A DNA stretch of 64,000 bases, taken from contig RHPI01002368.1 in NCBI GenBank assembly GCA_009103225.1, positions 649,397-713,396 on the forward strand. Direction: 5' to 3'. The DNA is from Chlorokybus atmophyticus. Taxonomy: Eukaryota > Plantae > Mesostigma and Chlorokybus algae. A model generated the notes under the pieces. That model saw nothing but the letters and a program-made list of their open reading frames with translations. It searched no databases and was not told where the DNA came from. Numbering within the stretch: the stretch's first letter is position 1; the number at the start of each line of letters is the position of its first letter. The position numbers and the translations under genes are program-made. Below are positions 1 to 13,115 of this stretch, piece by piece.

Positions 1-700
1 GGCAGAACGCAAATGCCTTGTACACGCCAATGATGGACCAATGGCTTCATCATTTTCGTGAACACAAAGCACGCCGTGCTTAACCCAAATGGCAACGAGC
101 AAAAGTTGTACACTTTGCCCGCAAATGAGAACCCTAAGTAGCCCCAGAAGGCGGGGTGTATGTCCGCATAATGATATCCGGACTTCAACTCTGTGGAGAA
201 CAACCAGTCCTCAGGCTGCAGCATGTTTGGGATGCTGCGCACATCCTTACACTTGAACGGCGTTGTCAAAGTAGGAGTTGACATAGTGCAAGTCCATGAT
301 GAAGCGCAGCTTGCGGACATCATTGACCACGTGGAGTGGGCTCACCATGAGGGGGGTGTCGCGCACTCTTGTGCGGCACCACTATGCACTATGTTGACAA
401 TGGCAGCCAGTATAGTCCGCAAACTCATGCACACCCTTGTGGTTGGTGAATGCCCAATTTGGGGGTGGGTCAGCAGCCCATAGTAGGTTGGACGCATACT
501 CCACCCATGAGAGCACCATAGTAGACTCGCGAAAAAATTCATGCCATGCCGGCAGGGCATCACGCAGTTGATGACGCATGTAAGGCCCCTCAACGGTGAG
601 GTTGGCAGGGACACGAGCAAACTTGTGGTGCTTCATCCAGTCATGCACAAGGTTCTCTTCCATGGCAGTGTAGATCATGGCATACCGCCGTTGTTACTAT
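1..700 (-). pseudogene. DIRS reverse transcriptase N-terminal part, frameshifted
   Basis: ORF 382..678 plus adjacent frames; near-copy of 29061-29773. Confidence 0.8.
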
Positions 701-1166
701 GGGCGCATGCCAGCCCCCCCAACATACGCGTGTGTGCATTGCAACAAGCACACAAACATAACTTTTGCATATGATGCTGAAGTAAAATGAGCACGGGCTC
801 ATTATAAAGCTCATGGCCTTACGGAGTTAGCCACCAACTTGCATGCATAATGGAGGTCATTAGGGCCTCATGTCTATTGCGACCTTCATCTGGCCATAAC
901 TTGCTCAACTTATGTTGGAAACTGATTTTATTTTGCTCTGCATGATGCTATCCGCCTCATTTAATTGGTCTATAATATGGGGGTGTTCCGAGACCCCTAG
1001 CAAAAGTTACAAGCAAAATAGCGATTTTGCAAGTTTTGCATCACGAATTTCGCACTTTCATTCATCAAGCTCGCTGCTTGATTCACTAAAGCAGCAGTTG
1101 CAAACACAGAAAGGTGCCCCATCAGACTATAGCATTGTAAAGTGCAAGTGTACGATGAATAGGCTT

Positions 1167-2341
1167 TCATAGCAGCTGCAGAGCTGTGCTATCACTTAAG
1201 CGGCCGCCACGTCCTGCTGAAGGCTTGCAGCAACAGGCACGCAAGTGCACCGTCTCTCCATGGTTACAGCAAGTGCGAGAGTCGCGTTGGCCCCTCGTAG
1301 AAGCGGCTTGAGATTGCATAAGAGCGGTCTTGTAACTGGTATGCCCCGCACTAGACGCATAGGACCCAGAGTAGCCGGGGGGGGGGGGGGGGGGGGNNNN
1401 NNNNNNNNNNNNNNNNNNNNNNNNNNNNNNNNNNNNNNNNNNNNNNNNNNNNNNNNNNNNNNNNNNNNNNNNNNNNNNNNNNNNNNNNNNNNNNNNNNNN
1501 NNNNNNNNNNNNNNNNNNNNNNNNNNNNNNNNNNNNNNNNNNNNNGTACTGGCCTCGCCCCTTATTGGAAGTGTATACCGCCTTTGCCTTGGGCTTGGGT
1601 TGCGCCGCAGCCGCCTCTTTGATTGCCTTTTTAAGGCGCTTTGCCTCTGCATTGTCCGTAGCTAAAGGGTCTCTCGTGAGCTCCTCCACCACCTTCTAAC
1701 TATGTTTGTTGGCGACTTCTACATGGTGCAACTGCGTACACACCTTGTCCAACGCCGATGCACAGAGTATATTTGAGCAACACTGGTTGCGGGCATTCGG
1801 ACCTTGGATCAAAGCCCGTGGGTTAGCGCCAGGCGCACCCACGTTACCATCACCACCTCATAAGTGACATGCCAATGCAAACCTGTTATGCACTTAACCC
1901 TGCTATAAATAGTTACTAATGTGAAGTTAGAGGTGGACATGCAAGGGTGTTAAGTGTGGGTCCTGCCCCCCCACCGGACATGAGGGGAAAAGGGATGCGG
2001 AACAAATGTATCTATATGGATGACTGTGTATTTATATAGATGCCTCTACCTCAACAACGGGCCAGCCTTTATAAGGCCTATGATGGACGTATGTGCATGT
2101 GCGTGGGTGAAGTCCGCACCCTCATGCATTCCTACATGTATGCACGTGCTCAACAAAGAATGAGCCCACCTTCCATGTTCTCTGTGCGGCTTTTAGTGAA
2201 GTCATCGGCGAGGTAAGCGGGCACATGGTCGAAAGAAGCCGTTGCCGAGGCGATGTACGCCGCTACGTCGATGTATTGCCTAGCCCGCTTCTTCATGTTC
2301 TCCTTCCAAGGGACCGCGGCATTGCTAAAGCGAGTGGCCAA
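1167..2341 (-). pseudogene. gag: DIRS gag, two exons (2341-2170 and 1802-1167), containing an assembly gap
   Basis: Removing 1803-2169 joins ...ENMEG|PNARNQ... in frame to ANKHS*KVVEELTRDPLATD (TAG probably from TGG). Confidence 0.6.
1397..1545. other. Assembly gap (N run) flanked by poly-G
   Basis: N characters preceded by a 20-nt G run. Confidence 1.
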
Positions 2342-2480
2342 CGCCTCCGCACGAGCATTGGGTGTGGTGGAGTCGCCTTCATCGCGGCAAAGGATGCTTA
2401 AGAATGCGGGTGGTTGGGCTCGTTAATGGGCTCATTGCGAGGGATGGCGGGCGCCTTCCCATGCTTGAGGCGCATGTAAC

Positions 2481-3011
2481 TCACACACGAGTTATTTGCG
2501 ACACACAGCTCATGCTGGGGGGTCGCTATGGGTCGATAGCACGGTAGCTAAGCCCAGCACCCAAGTGCATTACAATACAAGTGTACAAGTGTACAGATAT
2601 AGGCTGATCTATATACAAGTCTGCACTAGGGCGCTAGGCTACAACTACGGGAACTACTTCTTCACGCCAGGTGCGAAAGTCACGCGCTTCGTCGGTCTTT
2701 TACTCGTTGATGGCGCCAGTGCTGCCGACGTTGAGGTTGAAGCCTACGAAGACTGTACACTTGCAAAGTATACCACACTCGCCACCCTCGCCAAGGATGG
2801 TGCCGCCGCGCTAGGGTTTCAAGCGACTAGATAAGGAGCTTGTGACTCACAACTCACATCTTGTGAGTGCTTGTGCCCCCAAGTGCCTAAGGCTAGGGGC
2901 ACAAGAGTCTCACAAATCATTAACGAATTCTTGAGTTCATGGGCGCAGTTTATGCGCTTCATGCATTCATACCACGCACCCCACGCACAAGTGGCCCTCA
3001 TCAAAGGTGAA
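2481..3011 (+). repeat. Dispersed modular repeat, copy 1: short block L (2481-2510), 460-bp core A (2511-2970), short block C (2971-3011)
   Basis: Homologous to 48706-49256 (inverted), 17210-17412 (partial) and 26022-26120 (junction only). Confidence 0.9.
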
Positions 3012-3088
3012 CACACACTTACGGCTTGATCCCAACTCAAGGATGCAATTAATCAATTATACCACATACCGCTCTCTCGACCTGGCAT

Positions 3089-3970
3089 TATTGAGAACTA
3101 GTGATGCGCCTAGTGTGTGTGAATGCGCCTCGCACATACAAGTGTGCACACATCAAAGACAAATGGTCAAGCACGCCAACTATGGAGACAATGTGCGACC
3201 TACCGTATTAAGCGATACAGTGTCTTATATTATGCTACTAAGCACAAGTCAATTCTAGTCAGCTTTACTCAACGCTCAAAGTCAATAGTCAAAGTCAAAA
3301 TTGACCACGGTTGACCATAACCGCCGTAGTGTTTTTTCCTTGCGTAACTGTCAAGGTTAAGCTGATCGTGCAAACTACATGTGGGCGCCGCCTGTACATG
3401 TACCTTCGACAACTTGTAACCTTTAACACTCTTACGCTGACCTAAATCTCGAAGTTCTTCTTGCAATCTTACCCACATTCACTTACTCCATGTAACACTC
3501 CCACAGATGTATTGCTCCCACAAACTTGATGCTTGTTTTGATTACACCATCTTTCTCCTCGTGCTGGCAGCAACGCTGCAAGGTTCCAATTCTCCTTGTT
3601 TCCTCAACGTTGTTGCATCAGGTTCCACCACCCCACACCTGACCTTGCTCAGGTGGTTTTGAAGACTCCTTTGATGGCAACTATGCTATAAATTACACTC
3701 AGTTTTGTACCTTAGCAATGCTATACAATGGTGTAGGCCGTGCAAGGGTTGATCAGACCCTTCTAACAAGGAATGCACCCTCCCATCACCTGCTAGCTAG
3801 CTATACTACTCAATCCTTGCATGCCAATTTACTAAAGCGCTCAAACTAATAACGCGCATCTATGTACTACCAGATGCAACTTCATAGCAATGCAACCTCT
3901 ATTGTATGCAGCTTTACACCAGCAACTACTCGTAGGCTAGCAGTAACTCTTACAGACCTTTGTCAAAAAT
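3089..3970 (-). mobile_element. 3' end of a copia-derived family-1 element: non-coding region plus 3' LTR (3089-3428)
   Basis: 3089-3428 is the reverse complement of LTR 6198-6548; 3700-3970 is the reverse complement of 20050-20330. Confidence 0.8.
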
Positions 3971-6900
3971 TAGAAATACAAACTTAGACTCCCCTAGTAT
4001 ATGTACTTACGGGTTGCTCGCAGGCACCACTTGCTTTGTAAATGTCACTTCAATGACAAGTCGAACTACCATAATACAGATTATGTGGTTTGCCATTTTC
4101 GTTCACTGTCTTAACACTACTACTTTCTGTGGCGACTCAAAGTACAATAACAAAAAAGTGCTTGCCATACACATAGTTATTGACCATCTCTGTGCTGACC
4201 CATATCGATGCATTGTATAGTTGATCATACTTAAGGCCTTATAGGCTCGAGAGCAGACCGCATGTAAGCACACGCCATAAGCACTTGTAAGTACACACGC
4301 TTATAATATATATTATTTCATTTGACCTTGCGATCCATATATGGAAATAGTTAAGAATGACTTTTGCCAGCCCTATGGGCGTGACACAGTGCCAAGCTAT
4401 ATGCCGTTTACATTTTTGGTAATCATAAGTTTTTTGCAATGATAAGATGGTGCATCGGTGGTGCTTGCACGGCTTTCGTCAGCAAGGTTGGTGATGCAGA
4501 TAGTCTTTGTCACAAGGACTTCCTAAAGCGGCTCGTGCATGAGTTTTTTGCCAAACCGAGTAAGTGAGCACATTATGATACGCTGTTGACAAATCATGAT
4601 TACATTACAATTTGTGCCAACAATTACACGCTATGCAGTCTATATCACTTCGATTATACCAAATAATAAGCATTCACAATTTTTTGCTCTCAACTGCGGT
4701 TACATGTGTACGAATTGCAATTCATCTTTACAAGTCACTTGTGACGCACATCAGTTATACATTGAATGCATTTCGTATAATGCAATTGCGGCGTTTACAA
4801 ATGTCTTATATTGATCATCTGTACAACTATCGAGTGTGCTTGTATTTATTGCATGTGTGAAAGCACACATGCAATAAATACGTCACACACATTTAATATA
4901 TTAACCATGGTGCATTATCAGTCACTTTGTACACATGTACGTATCACAAAAAGACATTTGCTACCACCGGGCACAAATACTTACTTAATGTATTTATATT
5001 TACCCGTTCGCAATGCCTCGTAAAAGCATATTCGGGGGTGGTTGTATTGGCGCGAGCGCACGCGGGGGGGGGGGCACCCGATTGGAAAGGGTGTTGTATT
5101 TGGGCAAGATTACAATAGTTAAGCATACTTAAAAGCATTTAATGTAATTAAACGTGATAAACCGCAATATATAACGGTAACGGAGTGCTACCTCCATAAA
5201 GGTTTCTTACCGTATTTGGGATGTAACAAAGGTCCCAACGGGTATATAAGGTGAATTAAGCCGTATTGGAGACGTTAACCTGGTGGTAAGGCCCTTATAT
5301 AGTGTTACTTATCAGTACCCGGCGGACACCCCACGGACAGCCATTAGACCGTATGTTATCATAACGTGGATGCTGCTGAGGACGCCGTTACAGCCGTCCG
5401 ATCAGCTCATCATGCCGTCACATACGCCGCGCGTGCGTGACTGCACACGTGATATGCCTACTGCGCAACATGTATATTACTGGCATAATTACTGGCATAA
5501 ATTGCTATAAGCATAAGTATTATAACATTCACTATACTGAGGGAAATAACCATGATTATATCAGTGATCGAAATAAAATATACATTTTCTCACTGTGATT
5601 TCAGGGCGCGCGCAGTAAAGTGGGTAGTGGTGGTTGATAGATGGTTATTGTTGTTGTTATTGTAATAGCTGTTGCTGTTGCTGGTCACCGCAAGCAGGGC
5701 TATACTGCGGTAACATAGCCATGCTTGTTTGCTTAGCCTAGCTTGCAGTTAGGGGAGGCGGCCACTCAGACCTCTCCGGACATCATTGCATGCCCAACAC
5801 ATCTCATAATAAATTACAGTAACATTGAACACTTGTGTGTGTTGGTGGGCTTGCCACCACGTGGATTCGTGGTGGTGTGAAGAGTTTTGTGGTTGTATGC
5901 ACATTTATAACTCTTTAGGGGCATTTCGGTGGCAACGTCGGCTGTTGCGACCGCCAATTACTGCGGTGAGGCTGCCAAAGTTATTATGAGCAGCCAATAT
6001 CAAACTCACAACTCGTTAGTATCAACTTGTAGGGTTGATTCAACGGGATGTTGGCCCCTTTGGTGTTATGAGTGATTGTGGGTGGGGCTAAGTTCTACAT
6101 GATGCAAACATTAGCTGGTCATAGCTTATAAACCATTGTGTGGATTGCGGTGCGGCGCGATTTAAAGCAAGTGTTTGATCGAGAGGTGTGTGGAGAGTGT
6201 TAAATGTTATAGCTTGAAAATAATATGTATAGGCGGCGCCTACATGTAGTTGGTACAATGAGCTTAATCTGTATACTTACGGGAGTTACGGCAGTTATGG
6301 TCAACCATGATCATACTTTCACTTTAACTGTTGTCTTTAACCGTTGACTAGTGTTGACTTTGACCAGAGTTGACTAGAATTGACTAATGCTTCGTAGCAT
6401 AGTATATAAGACACTGTATACTGCTTAGTACAGTGGGTCGCACATTGTTTCTATGGTTGGCGTGCTTGCTGCACTTGTCCTTAGTGCGTGCACACTTGTA
6501 TGTAAGAGGCAAATACACACACACTAGGCGCATCACTAGTTCTCAACAGGTTCTGGGCCCACACTTGCTTGTGTGATCGCTTGTGCTAGTGGAAGAAAGT
6601 GTTGAGCATAGGCGCCTACTAGTAGAGTGTTCTTGGGGAGAGGGTGAGTTGTGTAGCAAGCAATGGCTGACACAGGTAGATGCCCATTGAGTCCCTTAAT
6701 CTGCACAACCACGCTTTATGGTCGCTGAAGATGAAGTTGGTGCTGATCCGCAAGAGGCTCTGGAGTTTTGTCGACCCCACCTCCTCCACATCATTGCGGC
6801 TAAGAACAGGTGACGCTGGTACCTAGACAGAGAACTCATAATCAGCTTCTGCGCTGATAGGCTTGCACGTCAAAGACTTCCATCTCCCTGTTATTGCGGA

Positions 6901-7346
6901 ATGCACGACTGGACGTGAGGCGTGTGAGGTCTTCGACACCCTCTTCAAGGCCAATACCAACTCGCGCAAGTTGCAACTGAGACGCAAGCTGACACTTCTG
7001 AAGATGGAGCACAAAAACCCAATCCATAAGTACATCTCACGTGCAAGGGAGCTTTGGCAAGACCTTGCAGCAGTGGGCCACAATGTGAAAGAGAAGCAGG
7101 TGATGTGGGCAGTCTTAATTGGCTTAGGATAGAGCTTTGCTACGCTAGTGACCGTGTTGGAGTCCTCAAATGTGGTTTTGAAGTATGCTGATGTAGTGCC
7201 TAAGCTGCTAGCTGTGGAAGGCAAGTTGGATGTTCAGGAGATAGAGCATGGTGGGGAACCTGTCGCACTTGCTGCCTCGTTTTCTCAACACACATGAAGC
7301 AGGAGCAAAGCAAATGGTGGGAAGCCATCACGTGACAAAGAGTGTC

Positions 7347-8033
7347 TGTAACAGCCTGGACCCTTTTCCATATTTTAGTGCATGTATAATATGTGATTTA
7401 ATCTTTTCTAGCTTAATAAAGGGTTTTGTAAGGCTTTATTGGGCCCTTTCGGCGCCGGCTCTACTGCCACACGCGACTTCGCCTTCACCAGCAGCTGCCA
7501 ACCTGCGACGTGCTTGCCGCCGAGCCAATAGCGACGTGACTGCCGCGGCATGTGACGTCACACCTGACTAGACTGTACCAGGTGACGCGGACTTCGCACT
7601 CAGCTACCTGCTGTGCAGTACCTTACGATGCGGAGTGCACAGTCAGCTGCCGCATAAAAGGTACCCAACGCGAGGGGCAGCAGCGTGCACTTATACATTC
7701 CTTTGGATTTGGTAAATCACGAATAAAATGCCTGGTTATTAACCTGCTTAATTTGGTGCTGGTACAACTAGGAAAACCCTGTGTAATACAACCAACTTTG
7801 CTTTCTGCTCTCTGCTGTGAGTATACTGGTGTATGCTCGAGAGAGGCGTGATCCAAGGCACACTGCTGCGTTCTTGCTTGGTGTGAGAAGTAGTAGTGTT
7901 CCTGTGCGTGTGCGCGCTCAAGGCATGCGTATGTGCGAGGGAAGGCAAGGTTTCCATGTGAAGACTGTGCTTAGTGTGCACACATGTGTTGTGTGACTTA
8001 TGTGCTGTATATGTGAGCACGAGCATCGTTACA
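7347..8033 (+). repeat. 5' LTR of gypsy chromovirus
   Basis: Direct repeat of 13036-13720. Confidence 0.95.
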
Positions 8034-8139
8034 ATGGTATGGAAGCCCTTTGAGTGGTTGGCTTTCTTGTTTTAAGGGGATATTGACTATCTCTTTGATG
8101 TGTGAGGTACTTTTTTGTTTATGGACGCTACCATGGATG

Positions 8140-9164
8140 ATGCACGTGTTGTAGAGCTTCAGCAAGTGCTGGTGGCTGCTCATGAGCAGCTGCAACGTGT
8201 CGAAGCATCTGCCTAAGCTCAAGCGGCACAATTTCAACAAGCCATGGCGCAAGCTCGCATGTTTGCGTCCGTTACAGCTCCTGTGGTTGCTCCACCAGCC
8301 TCTCGTCATGTGAAGCGACCAAAACCAAAGTCATTTAAGGGTCAAAGGGACGGTAACTGTGTCGAGGAGTGGGTGTTTGCCGTTTCAACATGGTTAAAGC
8401 TCATCGAGGTACCCATACATCTCCATATTGATGTGGCTACTACTATCTTTGAGGGAGCTGCACTTGAATGGTGGCGTCATCGTTGTACTCGTATGGAAGC
8501 TGGTCTTGAGGTTCCTTTCACTACCAGGGCTGAGCTGGCTGCTGAGGTGAAGAAACAGTTCGTACCGGTGGAGAGTGTGAAGACGGCATGCGACCAGCTC
8601 TCTACGCATGTGCAGTCACAGACCATGATGGCCTATACCTATTCGTTTCAGCGTCTTGTGCTCTCCGTACCCAACATGACTGAGGAGGAGCAGCTAGACC
8701 GCTACACGCGCGAGTTGAACTCTCTTTAACGCAAGGAAGTTGAGCTTTGTGATGCGAAGACTCTCGCGGAGGCCATTCGCATCGCCGAGCGTACGGACGT
8801 GTTGTATTTTTTCAAACGGACTGCCAATTACGCTGATCATTGACACTTCAATCAGTCTCGCGGAGGTTCGTATCGCTTGTACGCATATGTTGGGGCTGGT
8901 TCAAGAGCTGTAGCAGCTCATGGGACTGGCTCGGGGCCTATTCCAATGAAGTTGGGTGCTCTCCATGTCTCCAAGAAGGGGACAAGGGGTCGAGAAAATT
9001 CCAAGGCATTTCGAAAGTGTTGGGAGTGCTCTTCCGCTGATCATGTGCGCTCTAGCTGCCCCATCTTCAAAGCAAAGTCTGCTGCACATGCCCGCGACGC
9101 TCGCGGCGATGGACGCGTGAACATGGAGGATATGTTACAGCCGAGAAACGGCTCACCTCAATAG
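8140..9164 (+). pseudogene. gag: Gypsy gag (Retrotrans_gag-like, degenerate zinc knuckle CWECSSADHVRSSC)
   Basis: ORFs 8244..8729 and 8877..9164 (KPKSFKG..VEEWV, GAALEWW, GPIPMKLG). Confidence 0.85.
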
Positions 9165-9329
9165 CTGAAGAGGCTCTTGCTGGGGTGGTGATGCAGCCTC
9201 ACTATGATGTTGAAGGTCCAGCGGATGGCGTGGAAGCATTGTTGACAGTTGGCGGCATGTGCGCAACGGCAACGCAAAGCGGTATGGTTTGTGTGTCTGA
9301 CAAGGCGAGGCAGCTGTTTGGAGTCATGG

Positions 9330-12300
9330 CTCTGATCCGGGAGGGCAATGGGCCTTAGATGGAGTGTAAGATGCTAGTGGTGGATTACGGCGCGAACAGC
9401 AACTTTATGAGTCGTGAGGTTGCGTGTCGGCACAAGTGGCTGTCATGGGCAAATGCTGGCTCGGTGGCTCTAGCGGACGGCTAAGCGCCAGTAGGAGGAG
9501 CTTTTAAACAAAGCAAAGAGCTTGAGATGCACGTGGGGATGATGAAAGATCGCCTACGCTTTTGCTGCATCTGATGAACAATGGCTTTAATGGCATTTTG
9601 GGGCTGCCTTGGCTTTGGACACATAACCCCGCCATTAATTGGAGGAAGCGCGTGCTCGCTGCCTCGGAAGCCGGTGGTGAGGTTTTAATGTGCTTCAATG
9701 CTTCAATGCAAGGCGAGTGTGTGGTTCAAGAGCGTGTCAGCTGCGTTGAGGCTGCTAGGAATGTGCTGCATATGCGTGACGCGCACGACACAAAGGCGCG
9801 CCAGCAAGCTGCACCACAACATGCTTCTAGCTCAAGGGGAGAGGTTTTGAAGCTGGTGTCACGGATTTCTAAGTTCGAGATGGAGCAGTTTTGGTCCGAG
9901 AAAGACGTGAAGGATGCATGGCTGTGCATGGTGCGTGAGATACCTCCCAAGTTGGACTTGGAGCTGGTCGGCACTGTTTTAAAGAGTTCGAAGGACCCCG
10001 AGGTGCAGAAGTTGCTTAAGGAGTTCAAAGACGTCATGGCGGATGGGCTACTAGCTGGTCTGCCACCCACGCGAAATGTTGGTCACCGTGCGGAGCTGAT
10101 AGAGGGCGTGCACAAGCCGCCGTACAGATCGGTGTACAAAGTGTCTCCGGCTGAGCTCGCAGAGGCGAGGAATCAAGTCGAGGACCTTCTAGAGCGTGGG
10201 TACATCAGGCATAGGTAGTGTCCTTATGGTGCACCTATCCTATTTGTACATAAGAAGAGCGGTGCCTTGCGCATGTGCATCGACTATCGGCCACTCAATA
10301 ACATCACCAAGAAGAATGTGTTCCCTTTGCCACGCATTGATGAGTCGTTGGAGCAGCTCAAGGGTGCCGAGTTCTTCTCAAGCTTGGACCTAGCTGGTGG
10401 CTACCACCAGATCCGTGTTGCACCTGAAGACGTTAAAAAGACGGCTTTTAACACTCGCTACGGCCACTACGAGTGGTTGGTGATGTCTTTTGGCATGACA
10501 AACGCTCCGGCATCCTTTCAAACCTTGTTGAATGAAGTCTTTGCTGATCTGATTGGCAAGGGTGTGCTAGTGTACCTCGACGACATCCTTGTACACGAAG
10601 AGCAAGAGGGAGCACGTGGTGTTGCTACGCAAGGTGATGCAGCGTTTACGTTTACACAAGTTGTTTGCTCAGCTCAACAAGTGCCGCTTTTTGCTTGAGG
10701 AGGTAGAGTACCTTGGCCACATTGTATCCAAGCAAGGAATCAAGGCGGACCCGAACAAGATTGCCGCGATACGCAATTGGGCTACTCCGAAGGATGTGAA
10801 GGGGGTCATGTCATGCCTAGGGCTTACCGGCTACTATCGCAAGTTTGTGAAGGGCTTCTTGCACTTAGCGGCACCATTGACTGCGTTGCTAAGAAAGGTG
10901 GCTTGGAGCTGGTCGGAGGCTGCAACAAAGACATTTTTGACTTGAAAGCGACCCTAACAACGGCTCCCGTGCTGCATCCCAACATGCAATTGCCCTTCGT
11001 GGTGGCGTGCGACAAGGCCATTGGGGCAGTTTTGCAGCAAGATCACGGTAATAGCTTGCAACCGGTGGCCTATTTCATCAAAAAGATGAGCGGGTCTGAG
11101 CTCAATTACCCCGTTCATGAGAAGAAACTGTTGGCGCAGGTGCTAGCGCTACGGCAATGGTGTTGTTTCCTTGAAGGTAAGCGCTTCACACTTAAAACGG
11201 ACCACTCGCCATTGACCTCAATGGCGAGTGGTCCGTTTTAGGTACCTTCAAACCAAGCCTCGTCACTCGCGTCGGCAAGCTAGTTGGCTTGCGTTCCTCC
11301 AATTCCTTGACTTTGAAGTGAAGTACAAGCCCGGCTCTTCAAACAAGGTGGCGGACGCGTTGAGTCGCCAACTCAATGCGCTCGAAAAGGTGGTGCAAGT
11401 GCGGCCCGCGTGGTTGGATCAGGTCCGAGCCTTGTTGCACGAGGACGCGGTAGGTGACAAGACTATCAAGGCGCTGGAGAATGGGTCTGAGCATGGTGGC
11501 CTTTAAGGGCATTGAAGGAGGGGCTGCTATGGCATGGCGATCGCATGTACATACCCAACATTGCGCATATGCGCGTAGCATTGATGCGAGAAGCGCATGA
11601 CGTGCCAATGGCTGGTCATCAAGGGCTGGAACGGACGTTGGTCTTGGTGAAACAGAGATTTTTCCGGTCGGAGATGCATTGTGATGTTGTAGACTATGTG
11701 GCATTGTGCGACACTTGTTAAGGGGTGAAGGCGAGCAATCAACGCACCAGCGGGCTGCTCCAACAATTGCCGATACCTTTGACAAAGTGGGAGCAAGTTA
11801 CTCTCGACTTCATTACGGGGCTGCCACGTACACGCGAAGGGCATGATGCTAGCTTGGTGTTTGTGGACAAGACCAGCAAAATGGTGCAATTGGCGCCATG
11901 TACGGAGACTTGCATGGCTCCTGAGGCTGCCAAGTTGGTCACCAAGCATGTGGTGCGGTCTCATGGCCTTCCAAGGAGCATTGTAAGTGACAGAGACCCG
12001 CGGTTTAATGGCAACTTTTGGAGAGCTCTCCATTCAGCTCTAGGCACGAGCTCGAAGTTTAGCACCGCGTTCCACCCCGAAACGGACGGCCAAATTGAGC
12101 GCGCCAACCGCGTGATCGAGGACATGTTACGGTGCTATGTGAACAGCCGTCAAGATAATTGGGGAGACATGCTGGAGCTGACCGAGTTTACTATCAACAA
12201 CCAAAAAAGTGCAAGCACGGGCGTGACACCTTTCCTCATGAACTACGGGCAACATCCTTTGACGCCATTGACGGCGTCGGTGCCTATCATGCAACGCTCT

Positions 12301-12882
12301 AACGTGGAGGATGTGGATGGCTTTCTTGTGAGGTGTGTTGACATTACCAAGGCAGCTCATGAGGCTCTGATTATGGCACAAAATAAGCAAAAGCAATATG
12401 CCGATGCACATCGCAAGCATGTTATCTTTTTGGAGGGTGATCGTGTGATGCTCTCTACGAAGCATGTGCAGCTGGTCACAGGTGTGCGCAAGCTGAGTGA
12501 GCAATGGTTGGGGCCTTTCCATGTAATCAAGGTCATCTCAAAGGTCGCGTACAAGCTGGAGCTGCCCGATACCATGCACGTGCACCCCGTTTTTCATGTC
12601 TCGCGCCTTAAAGCTTACAAGGGGGAGCCGCCACCTCGCCCGCCTCCGGTTTTAGTTTGTGAGGGCCAAGCTGAGTGGGAGGTGGAGGCAATTGTCAAGC
12701 ATAAGCTGGTGGGAGGTGTGCGCAAGTATTTGGTAAAGTGGCGCGGCTATCCCATGCACGAGGCAACATACAAACCCGAGGAGTGTTTTACCAACGCCGA
12801 ACAGATTTTGCAGGAGTACAAGGCTAAGGGAGGCACTCGTCAGCTTCAAGGGCGAAGCTTCCCAAAGGGGGAAGAGGTGTAA
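9330..12882 (+). pseudogene. pol: Gypsy pol: protease, RT (YLDDIL), RNase H, integrase, chromodomain; several stops and frameshifts
   Basis: RMCIDYRPLN, MSFGMTNAPASFQ, YLDDILV; HDVPMAGH..C..C; VSDRDPRF; GPFHV; EWEVEAIV..YLVKWRGY. Confidence 0.95.
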
Positions 12883-13115
12883 CAGCCTGGACCCTTTTCC
12901 ATATTTTAGTGCATGCATAATATGTGTTTTACCCTTTTCTAGCTTAATAAAACCTTACAAAATTTTGCAAGAGTACAAGGCCAAGGGAGGCACTCGTCAG
13001 CTTCGAGGGCGAAGCTTTTCTAAGGGGGGAAGGTGTGTAACAGCCTGGACCCTTTTCCACATTTTAGTGCATGTATAATATGTGGTTTACCCTATTTGGC
13101 TTAATAAAAGGTTTT
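12802..13115 (+). repeat. About 157-bp tandem duplication spanning pol 3' end, PPT and LTR start
   Basis: 12802-12958 is repeated at about 12959-13115 with substitutions. Confidence 0.9.

Larger units (their letters stand above)
1..2510 (-). mobile_element. DIRS/PAT-like tyrosine-recombinase retrotransposon copy A (5' part: gag and start of RT; runs off window start)
   Basis: 1-700 is homologous to RT of the DIRS copy at 29060-29770 (RVPANLTVEGPYMRH, APLCTML). Upstream gag has the DIRS-type motif W-KVVEEL-DPLATDNAEAKRLKKA and a degenerate zinc knuckle (CCNHGETVHLRACC). Confidence 0.8.

Noticed and set aside
1377-1545. Poly-G plus N run (also 26294-26430) as a biological repeat
   Set aside because: Assembly gaps at homopolymers; true content unknown, and ORFs spanning them are unreliable.
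1891-1956. TTAACCC...GGGTGTTAA mini-element as a piggyBac MITE
   Set aside because: Inverted repeat is imperfect and single-copy in the window; noted only as part of the intron.
4250-4830. Possible piggyBac transposase C-terminus (HKDFLKRLVHEF; Cys-rich YMCTNC..C)
   Set aside because: Only two weak motifs, no DDD core and no TTAA-flanked TIRs that I could confirm.
8034-8048. Assigning a primer tRNA to the gypsy PBS-like TGGTATGGAAGCCC
   Set aside because: It deviates from TGGTATCAGAGC and cannot be matched without the host tRNA set.
11339-12033. Minus-strand ORFs of 148 and 168 aa
   Set aside because: Antisense to chromovirus pol; no independent motifs.
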